From contig CBDCDA010000001.1 of assembly GCA_965215335.1 (NCBI GenBank), positions 1,216,001 to 1,280,000 of the forward strand: a stretch of 64,000 bases of DNA. The letters are read 5' to 3'. Below the pieces are notes generated by a model. The model was not told where the DNA came from. It worked only from the letters and a program-made list of their open reading frames with translations, and ran no database searches. Positions 8,787 to 18,128 of the stretch are shown one piece after another. The translations under genes and the position numbers were made by a program. Within the stretch, counting starts at the first letter, position 1. Each line of letters begins with the position of its first letter. The DNA comes from an uncultured Candidatus Entotheonella sp. Its GTDB lineage: Bacteria; Tectomicrobia; Entotheonellia; Entotheonellales; Entotheonellaceae.

Positions 8787-8810
8787 TTGAGATTCTTGAC
8801 CCATGCACGG

Positions 8811-8847
8811 AGCGGGTTGGCAGAGGGAGCTCTGCCAACCCGCTTTT
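8811..8847. terminator. Intrinsic terminator between convergent genes
   Basis: AGCGGGTTGGCAGAG-ggag-CTCTGCCAACCCGCT 15-bp stem followed by a T run. Confidence 0.8.
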
Positions 8848-8852
8848 GCGTT

Positions 8853-9317
8853 TCAGGAATTGTCGTGACGGGCGATCTTGGCCCGCAATTCCTCGGCCAG
8901 GGTGGCGTCGAGGCCCTCCAGGATGGCCAGATGCGACCTGGCTTCCGACACCTTGCCGACCGTCAGCAGCGCCTCGCCCATGTACTCGTGCGCCTCGGCC
9001 AAGTCCGGCTGCAGGTCGAGGGCCTTGCGATACAGCTCGATGGCGCGTTCATACCGGCCCATGCGACGGAACGAGTAGGCCATGTTCGTATAGGCCATGG
9101 CGTGGGCCGGCTCCGTCGCAATCGCTTTCTCGAAGGCTGCGATAGCCTGGAGAAACCTGCCGGCCTTGAGGAGGTCGTAACCGACCTCGTAGTCCGTCGG
9201 CTGTGGTGCCGAGGGGTCCAGCGCGCTGCCTTCGGTCATGCCCTCGTTGGCAAGGGTCGGTCCGGGGACCACAAACAGAAAACCACATAATATCAACGCG
9301 AACCATACCTGCCGCAT
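8853..9317 (-). CDS. Secreted tetratricopeptide-repeat protein
   Basis: Signal peptide; AIAAFEKAI, AIELYRKALDLQPDLAEAHEYMGEA TPR units. Confidence 0.85.
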   Translation of the reverse strand: MRQVWFALILCGFLFVVPGPTLANEGMTEGSALDPSAPQPTDYEVGYDLLKAGRFLQAIAAFEKAIATEPAHAMAYTNMAYSFRRMGRYERAIELYRKALDLQPDLAEAHEYMGEALLTVGKVSEARSHLAILEGLDATLAEELRAKIARHDNS

Positions 9318-9349
9318 GGAATCGTCTCCCCTCTCTCCAGAACGCCGCC

Positions 9350-10510
9350 TCAGGATTGATCCTCGCTCCAGGGCGGCGTGTACGAAACACCGTATTCCGA
9401 CATCAGCCTGGCAACCTGCTGTTCCGCCGCCAGTTCGCTGAGAACGCCGTTCAGCGTTTCACGCAGGTCATAGTCATTCTTGCGCACCCCGATGGCGACG
9501 TTCCACAACAGGTTCGGGTCGGATACGTACCCTTCCACCGGCTTGATGGTGCTATCGGGGCGATTCTGGAGCCACCAGTCCATTTCCATTGCCGGTACCA
9601 GCGCCACCTCAAGATCCCCCTTGTGCACGGCCTGCAGGGCGTCGTGGCTGGATGCAAACGGGCGGCAGGAATAGCCTGCCTGGAGAAGGATTCGCTCCCC
9701 CTGTGATTTCAGCGGCACCGCCGTCGTTTTGTCGGCCAGCTCCATCACGTCCTGCACCTCGAATGCCTGCTCGTTCCGCGCCAAGGTATAACCGGTGCCG
9801 AAATAGGGATCCGTCAGAATCACGCGGTCAATGGGCTCCTGCTGAACCGGCACGCCCATGAACATGTCGCAGCGCTTCTGGACCAGGGAGAGACTCAGGG
9901 CGCCCAGCACGCCGCCGCGCCGCGACTTGGCCCAGAAATACCGTGTCTTCAGCCCCATGCGGCTGGCGATTTCCTCGGCGAGCGCGATGTCGAAGCCACC
10001 GGGGGAAGTCTTGTCGGAAGCGGGCAACTGATTCGGCATGGCGCAGACGGTGAGAACGCCCTTCTCCCTGGCTTTGTGGAGAGCGCCCTTATATTCGGTA
10101 CGCAGGTAGGCAATGATGGACCAGATGTCCATGGGCTGGACGCGGGCGCCAAAAGCCCCCATCGGCGTGCCCGGCCGGCCGGCGACAATGGTTGCAAAAA
10201 CGTCGGTGTCCGCGCCGCCCCAGATCCAGACCTCATCTTGCAGGTTGGGCCCCTTGGCGCCCTTGCCTCGGGTGCCATGGCAAATTGAGCAATAACGGTG
10301 GAACAGTTTATAGCCTTTTTCGATTGCTTCCGGGTTGCCGTGCAGGGGGTTGGTGAAATCCTGCGCCTCGACGGCCACGGGGGTGGACAGGAACAGCCCG
10401 AGCATCCCCGCGCAGAGCAGAGCGCCCAGGCTCCCCGCGGTGAGACCCCAACGCATGATCACGGCTGCCAGATGCCCCGGCCCTCTCTCTCCAGAAACCC
10501 GCTGCCTCAT
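9350..10510 (-). CDS. c-type cytochrome fused to a MoxJ/XoxJ-like substrate-binding domain
   Basis: Signal/TM segment, CSICH heme motif, GPNL.D..WIWGG, MGAFG; then VCAMPNQLP..GFDIALAEEIA, CDMFMGVP, TDPYF, IGVRKND. Start chosen at ATG 10510 (RBS GGAGGGAG). Confidence 0.82.
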   Translation of the reverse strand: MRQRVSGERGPGHLAAVIMRWGLTAGSLGALLCAGMLGLFLSTPVAVEAQDFTNPLHGNPEAIEKGYKLFHRYCSICHGTRGKGAKGPNLQDEVWIWGGADTDVFATIVAGRPGTPMGAFGARVQPMDIWSIIAYLRTEYKGALHKAREKGVLTVCAMPNQLPASDKTSPGGFDIALAEEIASRMGLKTRYFWAKSRRGGVLGALSLSLVQKRCDMFMGVPVQQEPIDRVILTDPYFGTGYTLARNEQAFEVQDVMELADKTTAVPLKSQGERILLQAGYSCRPFASSHDALQAVHKGDLEVALVPAMEMDWWLQNRPDSTIKPVEGYVSDPNLLWNVAIGVRKNDYDLRETLNGVLSELAAEQQVARLMSEYGVSYTPPWSEDQS

Positions 10511-10644
10511 ATCCGGACTCCCTCCTGTGTCGTTTGCGTGTTCACATTCCAACAAACAAGGCGTGATTGCTCTGCCAGGATTCCCCTGCGAGCCAGCGCC
10601 TTTTACAGGAGCCGGCCGGGGGTGTCAAGAGCAGACGCGGCGTG

Positions 10645-11247
10645 TCAGATGGTGCGCTTGAAGCCGACCTTGCCGATGAACTTCCCGGCCACCATCAGGG
10701 CGCCGTCAACTTTCTTGAGCGGCAGGATGGGAAGGCGCTTGGGCGTTGGCCCGCCGACCACCGTTGCCAGGTTCGTGGGATCGTATTCCGAGTAGTGGCA
10801 CGGGCATTTCACGGTTCGCGTTTTCTTCATCCACAGCGCCACTGGACAACCGGCGTGGGTGCAGACCGCCGAATAGGCGACGATGCCGTCTGCCGAATGG
10901 GGCCGGGTGGACTCGGCGATGTCCTCTGGCTTGAAGCGCACCAGCATCACTTTGTTGAGGCGCGAGCCGTTACGCACCACCTTGCTGACCGGCTCGAACG
11001 GGTAAGCGAACGCCTGCGGCCCGTCCACGGGGATGTCCTCCGGCCTGATGATCTCGTCTTTCTTGTCGCCCTGCGCGAAAACAAACTGATCGTTTTCCTG
11101 CGGACGCATCTTGCGAGGCTCCTTGCTGCGCGCTGCGGCCAGCCGCCAATCGCTCAAGGCAAAGCCCGCACCGATCAGCATCTTCAGCAGCGTCCGGCGC
11201 CCCAACAACCGTTTGACCCATAAGCCGGTTCGGCGTATTTCCTCCAC
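10645..11247 (-). CDS. Rieske [2Fe-2S] protein, Tat-exported
   Basis: RRTLLK twin-arginine motif; CTHAGC and CPCHYSEYD boxes. Confidence 0.92.
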   Translation of the reverse strand: MEEIRRTGLWVKRLLGRRTLLKMLIGAGFALSDWRLAAARSKEPRKMRPQENDQFVFAQGDKKDEIIRPEDIPVDGPQAFAYPFEPVSKVVRNGSRLNKVMLVRFKPEDIAESTRPHSADGIVAYSAVCTHAGCPVALWMKKTRTVKCPCHYSEYDPTNLATVVGGPTPKRLPILPLKKVDGALMVAGKFIGKVGFKRTI

Positions 11248-11570
11248 ACGTGACTCCTCGAAGATTCATGCGGTTTGCGGTGATAGGTGATATCTCAAAA
11301 CAGCAGATCTGGTGCCGCAAAAGGCAGCTCGGACCCTCATGCCTACAACAAAGGGACAATATCTGTCAAGCCCCAAAGCCCACGTCCCATGCGGCATTGC
11401 AGGGCCTGCACTGGCAGGCGCAGGTGGCATTTGACATGACGCGGAACTGTCTCTATGCTGCGCCCACGCCAAGGGCGTTTTCCGAAGCGCGATGGCTACT
11501 GTTGTTCCTGAGGCGATGTCATACGTTTTGCGTCTCACGATCTATGACACGGCAAGGAGGATGGCAGGTT

Positions 11571-12893
11571 ATGGAGTTCAACATATTCGAGCACTTCAAA
11601 GGCATGGGTATCACGTCCAAGGAGCCCACGAATCATTACGAGCAGGGGGCCGATTACTTCTCCAACGGACAGCTTGGCGCTCGCGTGCGCGCCCGGCTCG
11701 ACGACTTCGCGGAGCGGGTCAACATGCCGCGCCGCAGCTTCATGAAGACGGTCTGCGGATTTACGGGGGCGATGCTGGCCGTGAACCAGGCGACCGGCAT
11801 GCGCTTCTTTGACGTTTCCGAGGCCGAGGCCATGGAACAGGCGGCGGCGCACGAAAAGAACGCGCTGCTGAAATCCCACCTCAACTACGTCGTTGACCAG
11901 CACACGCATATCTGCTGGCGGCGGGACGGCTTTGTGGCCGGCGTCAACACCTCCGAAAAGGGTATGTGGTTCGTCGATCTCCTGGACGGCCTGGGCAAGG
12001 CCATGGGCCTGGAGAAGGGCATCCAGGACATGACCGTGGAGAACTACGGCAAGCTCATCCTCGACGAGAGCGACACCACGGTGGGTATCTTCAACCCGTT
12101 CGGCTTCCGCGAGGACTACGGCGGCCAGGACATGATCCCCATCGAGGAGCAGGTCGAGGTCCGCAACCGCTGGCCCAACCGCACCCTCATGCTGGGCGGT
12201 GGTCTGACCCCCAACCAGGGGCTGGAGTACACCCTGGACCGGCTGCAGATGTTCGTCGAGGACTACAAGATCTCCGGCCTCAAGCTCTACACGTTCGACG
12301 CCACGCCGCAGCGCGGCTGGTGGTTCGACGACCAGAAGCTGGCCTACCCGATCTGGGAAAAGTGCCGGGAGCTCGGGATCAGGAACGTCGGCTGCCACAA
12401 GGGCATCCCCTTCGGGCAGTTCATGGCGCGCTATGCCCACGCCGAGGACTTCGATGCCGTTGCCGATGATTTCATCGACATGAACTGGATCGCCTTCCAC
12501 TCCGCGTGGCCCTATCACGGCGAGCTGGCCGCGCTGAAGGCGTTCAAGCCGCAGCGCAACAACCTGTTCTGCGAGCTGGGATCGACCTTCGCCGCCACCG
12601 TCACCAGCCGCCCGCTGGACTGCGCCCACGTGCTCGGAACCCTGTTGCGCGACCTCGGCCACGATGCCGTGCTGTGGGGCACCGACTCCGTGCTGTGGGG
12701 CAACCCGCAGTGGCAGATCGAGGCCTTCCGGCGCTTCCGCATCCCCGATGAACTGGTCGAGGGGTACGGTTACCCGCAGTTGACGGACGAGCTCAAGGCG
12801 AAGGTGCTGGGCACCAACGCCGCCCGCCTGTGGGGGCTCGAGACCGCCTCTGACACGCCACCGGCTGAACCGTCCAGGATCGTCGCCGCGTAG
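11571..12893 (+). CDS. Amidohydrolase family 2 metalloenzyme
   Basis: AAGGAGG upstream of ATG 11571; RRSFMK motif, DQHTH, KLY, CHKG, FHSAWP, WGTDS. Confidence 0.85.
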   Translation: MEFNIFEHFKGMGITSKEPTNHYEQGADYFSNGQLGARVRARLDDFAERVNMPRRSFMKTVCGFTGAMLAVNQATGMRFFDVSEAEAMEQAAAHEKNALLKSHLNYVVDQHTHICWRRDGFVAGVNTSEKGMWFVDLLDGLGKAMGLEKGIQDMTVENYGKLILDESDTTVGIFNPFGFREDYGGQDMIPIEEQVEVRNRWPNRTLMLGGGLTPNQGLEYTLDRLQMFVEDYKISGLKLYTFDATPQRGWWFDDQKLAYPIWEKCRELGIRNVGCHKGIPFGQFMARYAHAEDFDAVADDFIDMNWIAFHSAWPYHGELAALKAFKPQRNNLFCELGSTFAATVTSRPLDCAHVLGTLLRDLGHDAVLWGTDSVLWGNPQWQIEAFRRFRIPDELVEGYGYPQLTDELKAKVLGTNAARLWGLETASDTPPAEPSRIVAA

Positions 12894-12901
12894 GACAATC
12901 C

Positions 12902-12942
12902 AGGCCGGGGATGCCGGGTCACGCGTCCCTGGCCTTTTCTTT
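12902..12942 (+). terminator. Probable intrinsic terminator
   Basis: AGGCCGGGGATGC / GCGTCCCTGGCCT stem followed by TTTCTTT. Confidence 0.45.
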
Positions 12943-12965
12943 GGCCCGGCGGCAGGAGGCTTGCC

Positions 12966-13253
12966 ATGCCCGTCTATGAATATGAGTGCAGTCCGTGTCT
13001 GGTCGTCTATCAGGTGCTGCAAGGGATGCAGGATGAGCCCCTGCAGACGTGCCCGAGGTGCTCCGGCTCCGTGCGGCGCGTGATGTCGGCCGCCAGCCTG
13101 AACCTGCGCAATTACGCCAGCCCGACCGAGGCGAAGTACGCCAGGATAAGCCACAGCGAGGAAATGGCCCGCGAGAAGGAATTGCAGCGCGACTACGAAA
13201 CCGTCTGGTTGCCGCCGCAGGTGAAGCACGATCCCTGGGATCACGACCACTAA
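12966..13253 (+). CDS. FmdB-family zinc-ribbon protein
   Basis: MPVYEYECSPC...CPRC motif; RBS GGAGG. Confidence 0.88.
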   Translation: MPVYEYECSPCLVVYQVLQGMQDEPLQTCPRCSGSVRRVMSAASLNLRNYASPTEAKYARISHSEEMAREKELQRDYETVWLPPQVKHDPWDHDH

Positions 13254-13283
13254 GACCACCGGCATGCGAAGGAGTCACCGTTC

Positions 13284-13655
13284 ATGACACGCTCGGGCGC
13301 CACCACCGGTCGCCGGAATGCAGGATATCTCGCGCTGTCGCTGTTCCTCGGTTTCGGCCTGTCCGGTTTGCCCCCGACGGCTCATGCCCAGGAATGCGAC
13401 AAGGTACACGAGGTTATCGTGACGCACATATTCACGCCGAAGGATTTGGTCATCGAGGCAGGCGACTGCGTGCGCTTCGTCAACATTCACGAGATCGAGC
13501 ACAGTGCCGTCGCCAGAACGCGGACGTTCAACACCGGCACCCTGATGCCGAGAAGCAGCTCATTGATTCGATTCGACACGCCGGGTGAGCTGCCCTATGT
13601 GTGCGGGCTGCACCCGCCGATGATCGGAACCATCATCGTCAAGCCGAAGCCGTAA
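13284..13655 (+). CDS. Periplasmic cupredoxin (amicyanin/plastocyanin-like)
   Basis: Signal peptide (AHA); type-1 Cu ligands H(SAV)...YVCGLHPPM. Confidence 0.85.
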   Translation: MTRSGATTGRRNAGYLALSLFLGFGLSGLPPTAHAQECDKVHEVIVTHIFTPKDLVIEAGDCVRFVNIHEIEHSAVARTRTFNTGTLMPRSSSLIRFDTPGELPYVCGLHPPMIGTIIVKPKP

Positions 13656-13977
13656 CCGCCCCCCTGCACGTGCCGGCACGTATTTTCTCTTGACTCGCCA
13701 GTCCAAACGGTTCTACTCCCGCTGTCACGAACGAAAGGTGCAGAACGTGACGAAAAAGACACTTTCAGAATGACGAGGCGTTCGCCCGCCGATGAGCCTC
13801 GCCATCTGCAACTGCTTCCTGCGGAAAGACGAACCTGCCTCGTCGCTCAAGGTCGACAAGTACCACGATTCGGCCGAGTCGGATTGACGGGCCGGGACAT
13901 GTAACGATGGCGTCGCTGGGGGAGAATCGCTAATGCCTCCTGCCGCCGGAACGGATGAATCTCGGTGAGGTCCGTCG

Positions 13978-14934
13978 ATGAAACGTCGAAACAGGGTGCT
14001 GGTGACCGGCGGGGCGGGGTTTCTCGGCTCTCACCTGTGCGACCGGCTGCTGGCGGAGAACAACGAGGTCCTTTGTGCCGACAATTACCTCACCGGGTCT
14101 CGGGACAACGTCGCCGCGGCGTTGTCGAACCCGAATTTCGAGGCCATCAGGCACGACATCACCTTTCCGCTCCATGTCGAGGTCGACCAGATCTACAATC
14201 TGGCCTGCCCGGCGTCGCCGCTTCACTATCAGTTCGATCCGGTGCAGACGACCAAGGTCAGCGTATACGGCGCGATCAACCTGTTGGGACTCGCCAAGCG
14301 GGTACGGGCGCCCATTCTCCAAGCCTCGACCAGCGAGGTGTACGGCGACCCCGGCGTTCATCCGCAGACCGAAGACTATTGGGGCAACGTCAACCTGATC
14401 GGGCCGCGCGCCTGCTACGACGAGGGCAAGCGCTGCGCCGAAACGTTGTTCTTCGACTACCAGCGCCAGCACGACCTGCAGATCAAGGTGGCGCGCATCT
14501 TCAATACCTACGGGCCGCGCATGGCTGCTGGCGATGGCCGCGTGGTGTCGGCCTTCGTGGTGCAGGCGCTGCGCGGCGAGCCGCTGACCGTCCACGGCGA
14601 CGGTGAGCAGACGCGGTCTTTCTGCTATGTCGCCGACCTGGTCGACGGTCTGGTGCGGCTGATGAACACGCCCCCCGAGGTTACCGGACCGGTCAACCTC
14701 GGCAGAACGGAGGAGGTCACCATCCGTGAGCTCGCCGATGCGGTGCTTCGCCTGACTGGCTCGAAATCGACAATCGTCCACGTGGAGGCAGTGGAAGACG
14801 ATCCGCGTCGGCGGCGACCCGACATCACGAAGGCCGGAACCATCCTTGGCTGGACGCCGACCACGCCACTTGAAGCCGGACTCCGGAAAACGATAGACTA
14901 TTTCGACCATCTGCTGAGGTCGGCCCGCCGGTAG
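13978..14934 (+). CDS. UDP-glucuronate decarboxylase (UDP-xylose synthase) family SDR
   Basis: [48 protein letters not shown]. Confidence 0.92.
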   Translation: MKRRNRVLVTGGAGFLGSHLCDRLLAENNEVLCADNYLTGSRDNVAAALSNPNFEAIRHDITFPLHVEVDQIYNLACPASPLHYQFDPVQTTKVSVYGAINLLGLAKRVRAPILQASTSEVYGDPGVHPQTEDYWGNVNLIGPRACYDEGKRCAETLFFDYQRQHDLQIKVARIFNTYGPRMAAGDGRVVSAFVVQALRGEPLTVHGDGEQTRSFCYVADLVDGLVRLMNTPPEVTGPVNLGRTEEVTIRELADAVLRLTGSKSTIVHVEAVEDDPRRRRPDITKAGTILGWTPTTPLEAGLRKTIDYFDHLLRSARR

Positions 14935-14980
14935 TGGTCTTCGGGTGCACGATGGGGACGGGATCAGCGGAGCGCAGGTC

Positions 14981-16576
14981 ATGACGCACACGGAACCGGA
15001 CCTGAACCCCCGGCCGCCGCTGGCGAAGCGCAAGCTGCCCCTCGGCATCCAGACCTTCCGCACGATCCGTGAGGGGGGGTATTACTACGTCGACAAGACC
15101 GATTACATCCGGCGGCTGGTGGGCGGCGGTGCGTACTACTTCCTGTCGCGCCCGCGGCGCTTCGGAAAGAGCCTGCTGCTGGACACCCTCAAGGAGCTGT
15201 TCGAGGGCAATGAGCGGTTGTTCGAAGGGCTTTACATCCACGATCGCTGGGACTGGTCGGCGCATCACCCGGTGGTGCGCCTGAGTTTCGGCGGCGGCAG
15301 CTTCAGGGAACCGGATCATTTGTACGCGAACGCGATGGCACAGCTAGACGCCGTTCAACGGCGAACCGGTGCGGTTTCCGAGTACGCCACGGCGCCGGAA
15401 CGGCTCGCGCACCTTCTGGAGGTGCTGCACGACCGCACCGGCGAGCGCGTGGTGGTGCTGGTGGACGAGTACGACAAGCCGATCGTGGACGCGCTCGCCG
15501 AGCCGGAGGTCGCCCGGACCAACCGCGACTTCCTGCGCGGCTTCTACGGCGTTGTCAAGGACAGCGACGCGCACGTGCGCTTCACCTTCATCACCGGGGT
15601 CAGCAAGTTCGCCAAGGTCAGCCTGTTCTCGGACCTGAACAACCTCACGGACATTACCCTGGACGAGCGCTACGCCGGCATCTGCGGCTACACCGAGGCG
15701 GACCTGGACGCGGTGTTCGCGCCGGAGCTGCCGGGGCTGGACCGGCAGGCCGTCCGCGACTGGTACGACGGCTACGGCTGGCTGGGCGCGGAGCGGGTGT
15801 ACAACCCCTACGACGTGCTGTTGCTGTTCGATAAGCGCCGGTTCGACGCCTGGTGGTTCGAGACCGGCACGCCGGCGTTCCTGATCGAGCGACTGTTCCG
15901 GCTCGGCTTCCACTTCCCGAGGCTGAACGGCCTGCTCGTCTCCGACGATCTGCTGTCCGCTTTCGACGTGGACGACATGGAGCCGGAGGCGCTGTTGTTC
16001 CAGACCGGCTACCTGACGATCAAGGGCGTGGAGGGGGCGGACGACCCGACCCGGCTGCCGCGCTACCGCCTGGGCTACCCGAACCGGGAGGTGCGCCGGG
16101 GCTTGGCCGGACGCCTGCTGCGCGCGGCGGTGCCGCGCGACGCGCGCGAGTTGGCGACGGGCGACGGGCTGCGCCGGCTGCTGGCGGCCAACGACTTCGG
16201 CGGCGTGGAGACGCTGTTCAAGGCGTTCTTCGACAGCATCCCCTACGAATGGTACGCCAACAACGACATCGCCAAATACGAGGGCTACTATGCGAGCGTG
16301 TTCTACGGCTACGTGGAGGGGGCGGGTCTGGACGCGACGGTGGAGGACAGTTCGAACCGGGGACGCCTGGACATGGCGGTACGGTTCAACGGCCATGTCT
16401 ACCTGTTCGAGTTCAAGGTAGTGGCGTCCGCGCCGGAGGGCGCGGCCATGGCGCAGTTGCGGGCGCGCGGCTACGCAGCGAAGTACCGCCACCTGGGTCA
16501 ACCGATCCATCTGGTGGCGATCGAGTTCAGCAGGGAGGCGCGCAACGTCGTGGCCTTCGACGTGGAGCGGGCCTGA
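14981..16576 (+). CDS. AAA-ATPase-like + PD-(D/E)XK nuclease protein, copy 1
   Basis: LPLGIQTF, YYVDKT, SRPRRFGKS, VDEYDKP, WFETGTP, GRLDM..LFEFK. Confidence 0.9.
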   Translation: MTHTEPDLNPRPPLAKRKLPLGIQTFRTIREGGYYYVDKTDYIRRLVGGGAYYFLSRPRRFGKSLLLDTLKELFEGNERLFEGLYIHDRWDWSAHHPVVRLSFGGGSFREPDHLYANAMAQLDAVQRRTGAVSEYATAPERLAHLLEVLHDRTGERVVVLVDEYDKPIVDALAEPEVARTNRDFLRGFYGVVKDSDAHVRFTFITGVSKFAKVSLFSDLNNLTDITLDERYAGICGYTEADLDAVFAPELPGLDRQAVRDWYDGYGWLGAERVYNPYDVLLLFDKRRFDAWWFETGTPAFLIERLFRLGFHFPRLNGLLVSDDLLSAFDVDDMEPEALLFQTGYLTIKGVEGADDPTRLPRYRLGYPNREVRRGLAGRLLRAAVPRDARELATGDGLRRLLAANDFGGVETLFKAFFDSIPYEWYANNDIAKYEGYYASVFYGYVEGAGLDATVEDSSNRGRLDMAVRFNGHVYLFEFKVVASAPEGAAMAQLRARGYAAKYRHLGQPIHLVAIEFSREARNVVAFDVERA

Positions 16577-16580
16577 ACAC

Positions 16581-18119
16581 ATGGATAGAAAGATGGATAT
16601 GGCCGACGCCTCTCGGAATGTGACGGGTCGAGGCCGGCGCCCGGTGACCCCCGAACCGGCGCGCGTCCGCTACAACGACTGGCGGCAGGTGGCAGTGGAA
16701 CCGCTGGATACGTTCACGCCCACCCTGCCCGTGAGCGTGATCATCCCGTACTACCAGACACCCGCCGAAACGCTGGCCAGGACGCTGGCGGCGCTGGAAG
16801 GGCAGACCTATCCGCGGGAGTTGTTCGAGGTCGTAATCGTCGACGACGGGTCGGAGCCGCCGCTGTCCCAGCCCCGCTCCACCCCGCTGGACGTCAAGGT
16901 GGTGTGTCAGGAGCGTCGCGGATTCGGGGCCGCCCGGGCGCGGAACACCGGCGTCCGGACGGCCGCCTACGACATCCTGCTCTTTCTCGACAGCGACATG
17001 CTCGCCGAGGCAGGCTGGATGGCTGAGCACGCCCGCTGGCACCACGCCGTCTCCGACGCCCTGACCCTGGGGGTGAGCGCCTATGTGTCGGTGGACGGCA
17101 TCGACTCGGAGACCATTCGGCACCGGGCCGGGTCGTTGCGAGAGCTATTCTCGGACCGGCCGACGGACCCGCCCTGGACTGAAACCCACAGCGCCAGAAC
17201 CAGCCATCTGACGTCCCGGGCCGACGACTTGTTCAGGGTGGTAGCCAGCGGAAACCTCGGGGTCAGCAAAATTTTCTACGAGTTGACGGGCGGGTTCGAC
17301 GAATCGTTCACGCGTTGGGGAATGGAGGATACCGAGTTCGGCTACCGGGCCTATACCCGCGGCGGGCTGCTGGTGCCGGCCCGGGACGTCTTCGCCTGGC
17401 ACCAGGGACGCTGGAAGGAGGACAGAAACGCCACCAAGAGCCGGGATCTTCGGCTTCAGCGCGGGAAGGTAGCGCAGCTTATCGCCCACCGCGGGTTCCG
17501 CGGCAACCAGACCGGCCGCATCTTCACGGTGCCTCAGTACGTCGTAACCATTGATGCCGGCCGTCGCCCGATCGAGCAAATCATCAAGACCGCCGTGAAC
17601 ATCCTGGCGGACCGCGCGCATGACTTGGTGGTGCGAATCGAAACGCACGCGAGTGACGACCATGAGCGACTGACGCTGCTCCAGGACGAGTTCGGTGCCG
17701 ACCCACGGGTGCGCATCGGTCCCACTCGCTTCGCCCTCGACGAGTTTCCGGTGTCGCCGTTCCACGTCACGCTTCCCGCCACCGAATTCGCCAGAAACCT
17801 GGTGCATCGGCTGCGCGCCGGGCTGGGAGGGGCGGTCACCGCGGCCTCGACTCTCCCGGACGGAAGCCAGGTGTCGATCACCCGTGCGTGGGCGCTCCAC
17901 CGGGCGCGCCGTGCGGGGGGCAGCCTCGCCGGCTTCGGAGAGGCGCGGACGATACCCGCCAAGGCGCTGGAGCTCAAGAGCGCCGGGCCGGTGGACTACC
18001 TCACCAAATGGGATGCCCTGCTCCGCTGGATGCGGGACATCCGCAGCCCCTCAGAGGCATGGGCACTCCTGAAGGGCTTGGCCCTCGCGGTCCAGTGGCG
18101 GTTGGCCATCAAGCGATAA
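16581..18119 (+). CDS. GT2 glycosyltransferase, copy A
   Basis: SVIIPYY, VDDGS, ARARNTG, FLDSDM, GGFDESF..WGMEDTEFGYR. Confidence 0.9.
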   Translation: MDRKMDMADASRNVTGRGRRPVTPEPARVRYNDWRQVAVEPLDTFTPTLPVSVIIPYYQTPAETLARTLAALEGQTYPRELFEVVIVDDGSEPPLSQPRSTPLDVKVVCQERRGFGAARARNTGVRTAAYDILLFLDSDMLAEAGWMAEHARWHHAVSDALTLGVSAYVSVDGIDSETIRHRAGSLRELFSDRPTDPPWTETHSARTSHLTSRADDLFRVVASGNLGVSKIFYELTGGFDESFTRWGMEDTEFGYRAYTRGGLLVPARDVFAWHQGRWKEDRNATKSRDLRLQRGKVAQLIAHRGFRGNQTGRIFTVPQYVVTIDAGRRPIEQIIKTAVNILADRAHDLVVRIETHASDDHERLTLLQDEFGADPRVRIGPTRFALDEFPVSPFHVTLPATEFARNLVHRLRAGLGGAVTAASTLPDGSQVSITRAWALHRARRAGGSLAGFGEARTIPAKALELKSAGPVDYLTKWDALLRWMRDIRSPSEAWALLKGLALAVQWRLAIKR

Positions 18120-18128
18120 GGGGCCTGA

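Noticed and set aside
7254..8804. Long antisense ORFs (also 11535-13265, 25051-26286, 31267-33147, 39719-42622, 50615-52429)
   Set aside because: Shadows of well-supported genes on the opposite strand in GC-rich DNA; no motifs
1..13655. The PQQ alcohol dehydrogenase (xoxF/exaF/pedH) itself
   Set aside because: Not present in this window, so the lanthanide interpretation rests on accessory genes only
13690..13970. Possible structured RNA (GTCACG/CGTGAC and GAGGC/GCCTC stems) before the SDR gene
   Set aside because: No riboswitch or sRNA consensus recognised; would need an Rfam/Infernal search
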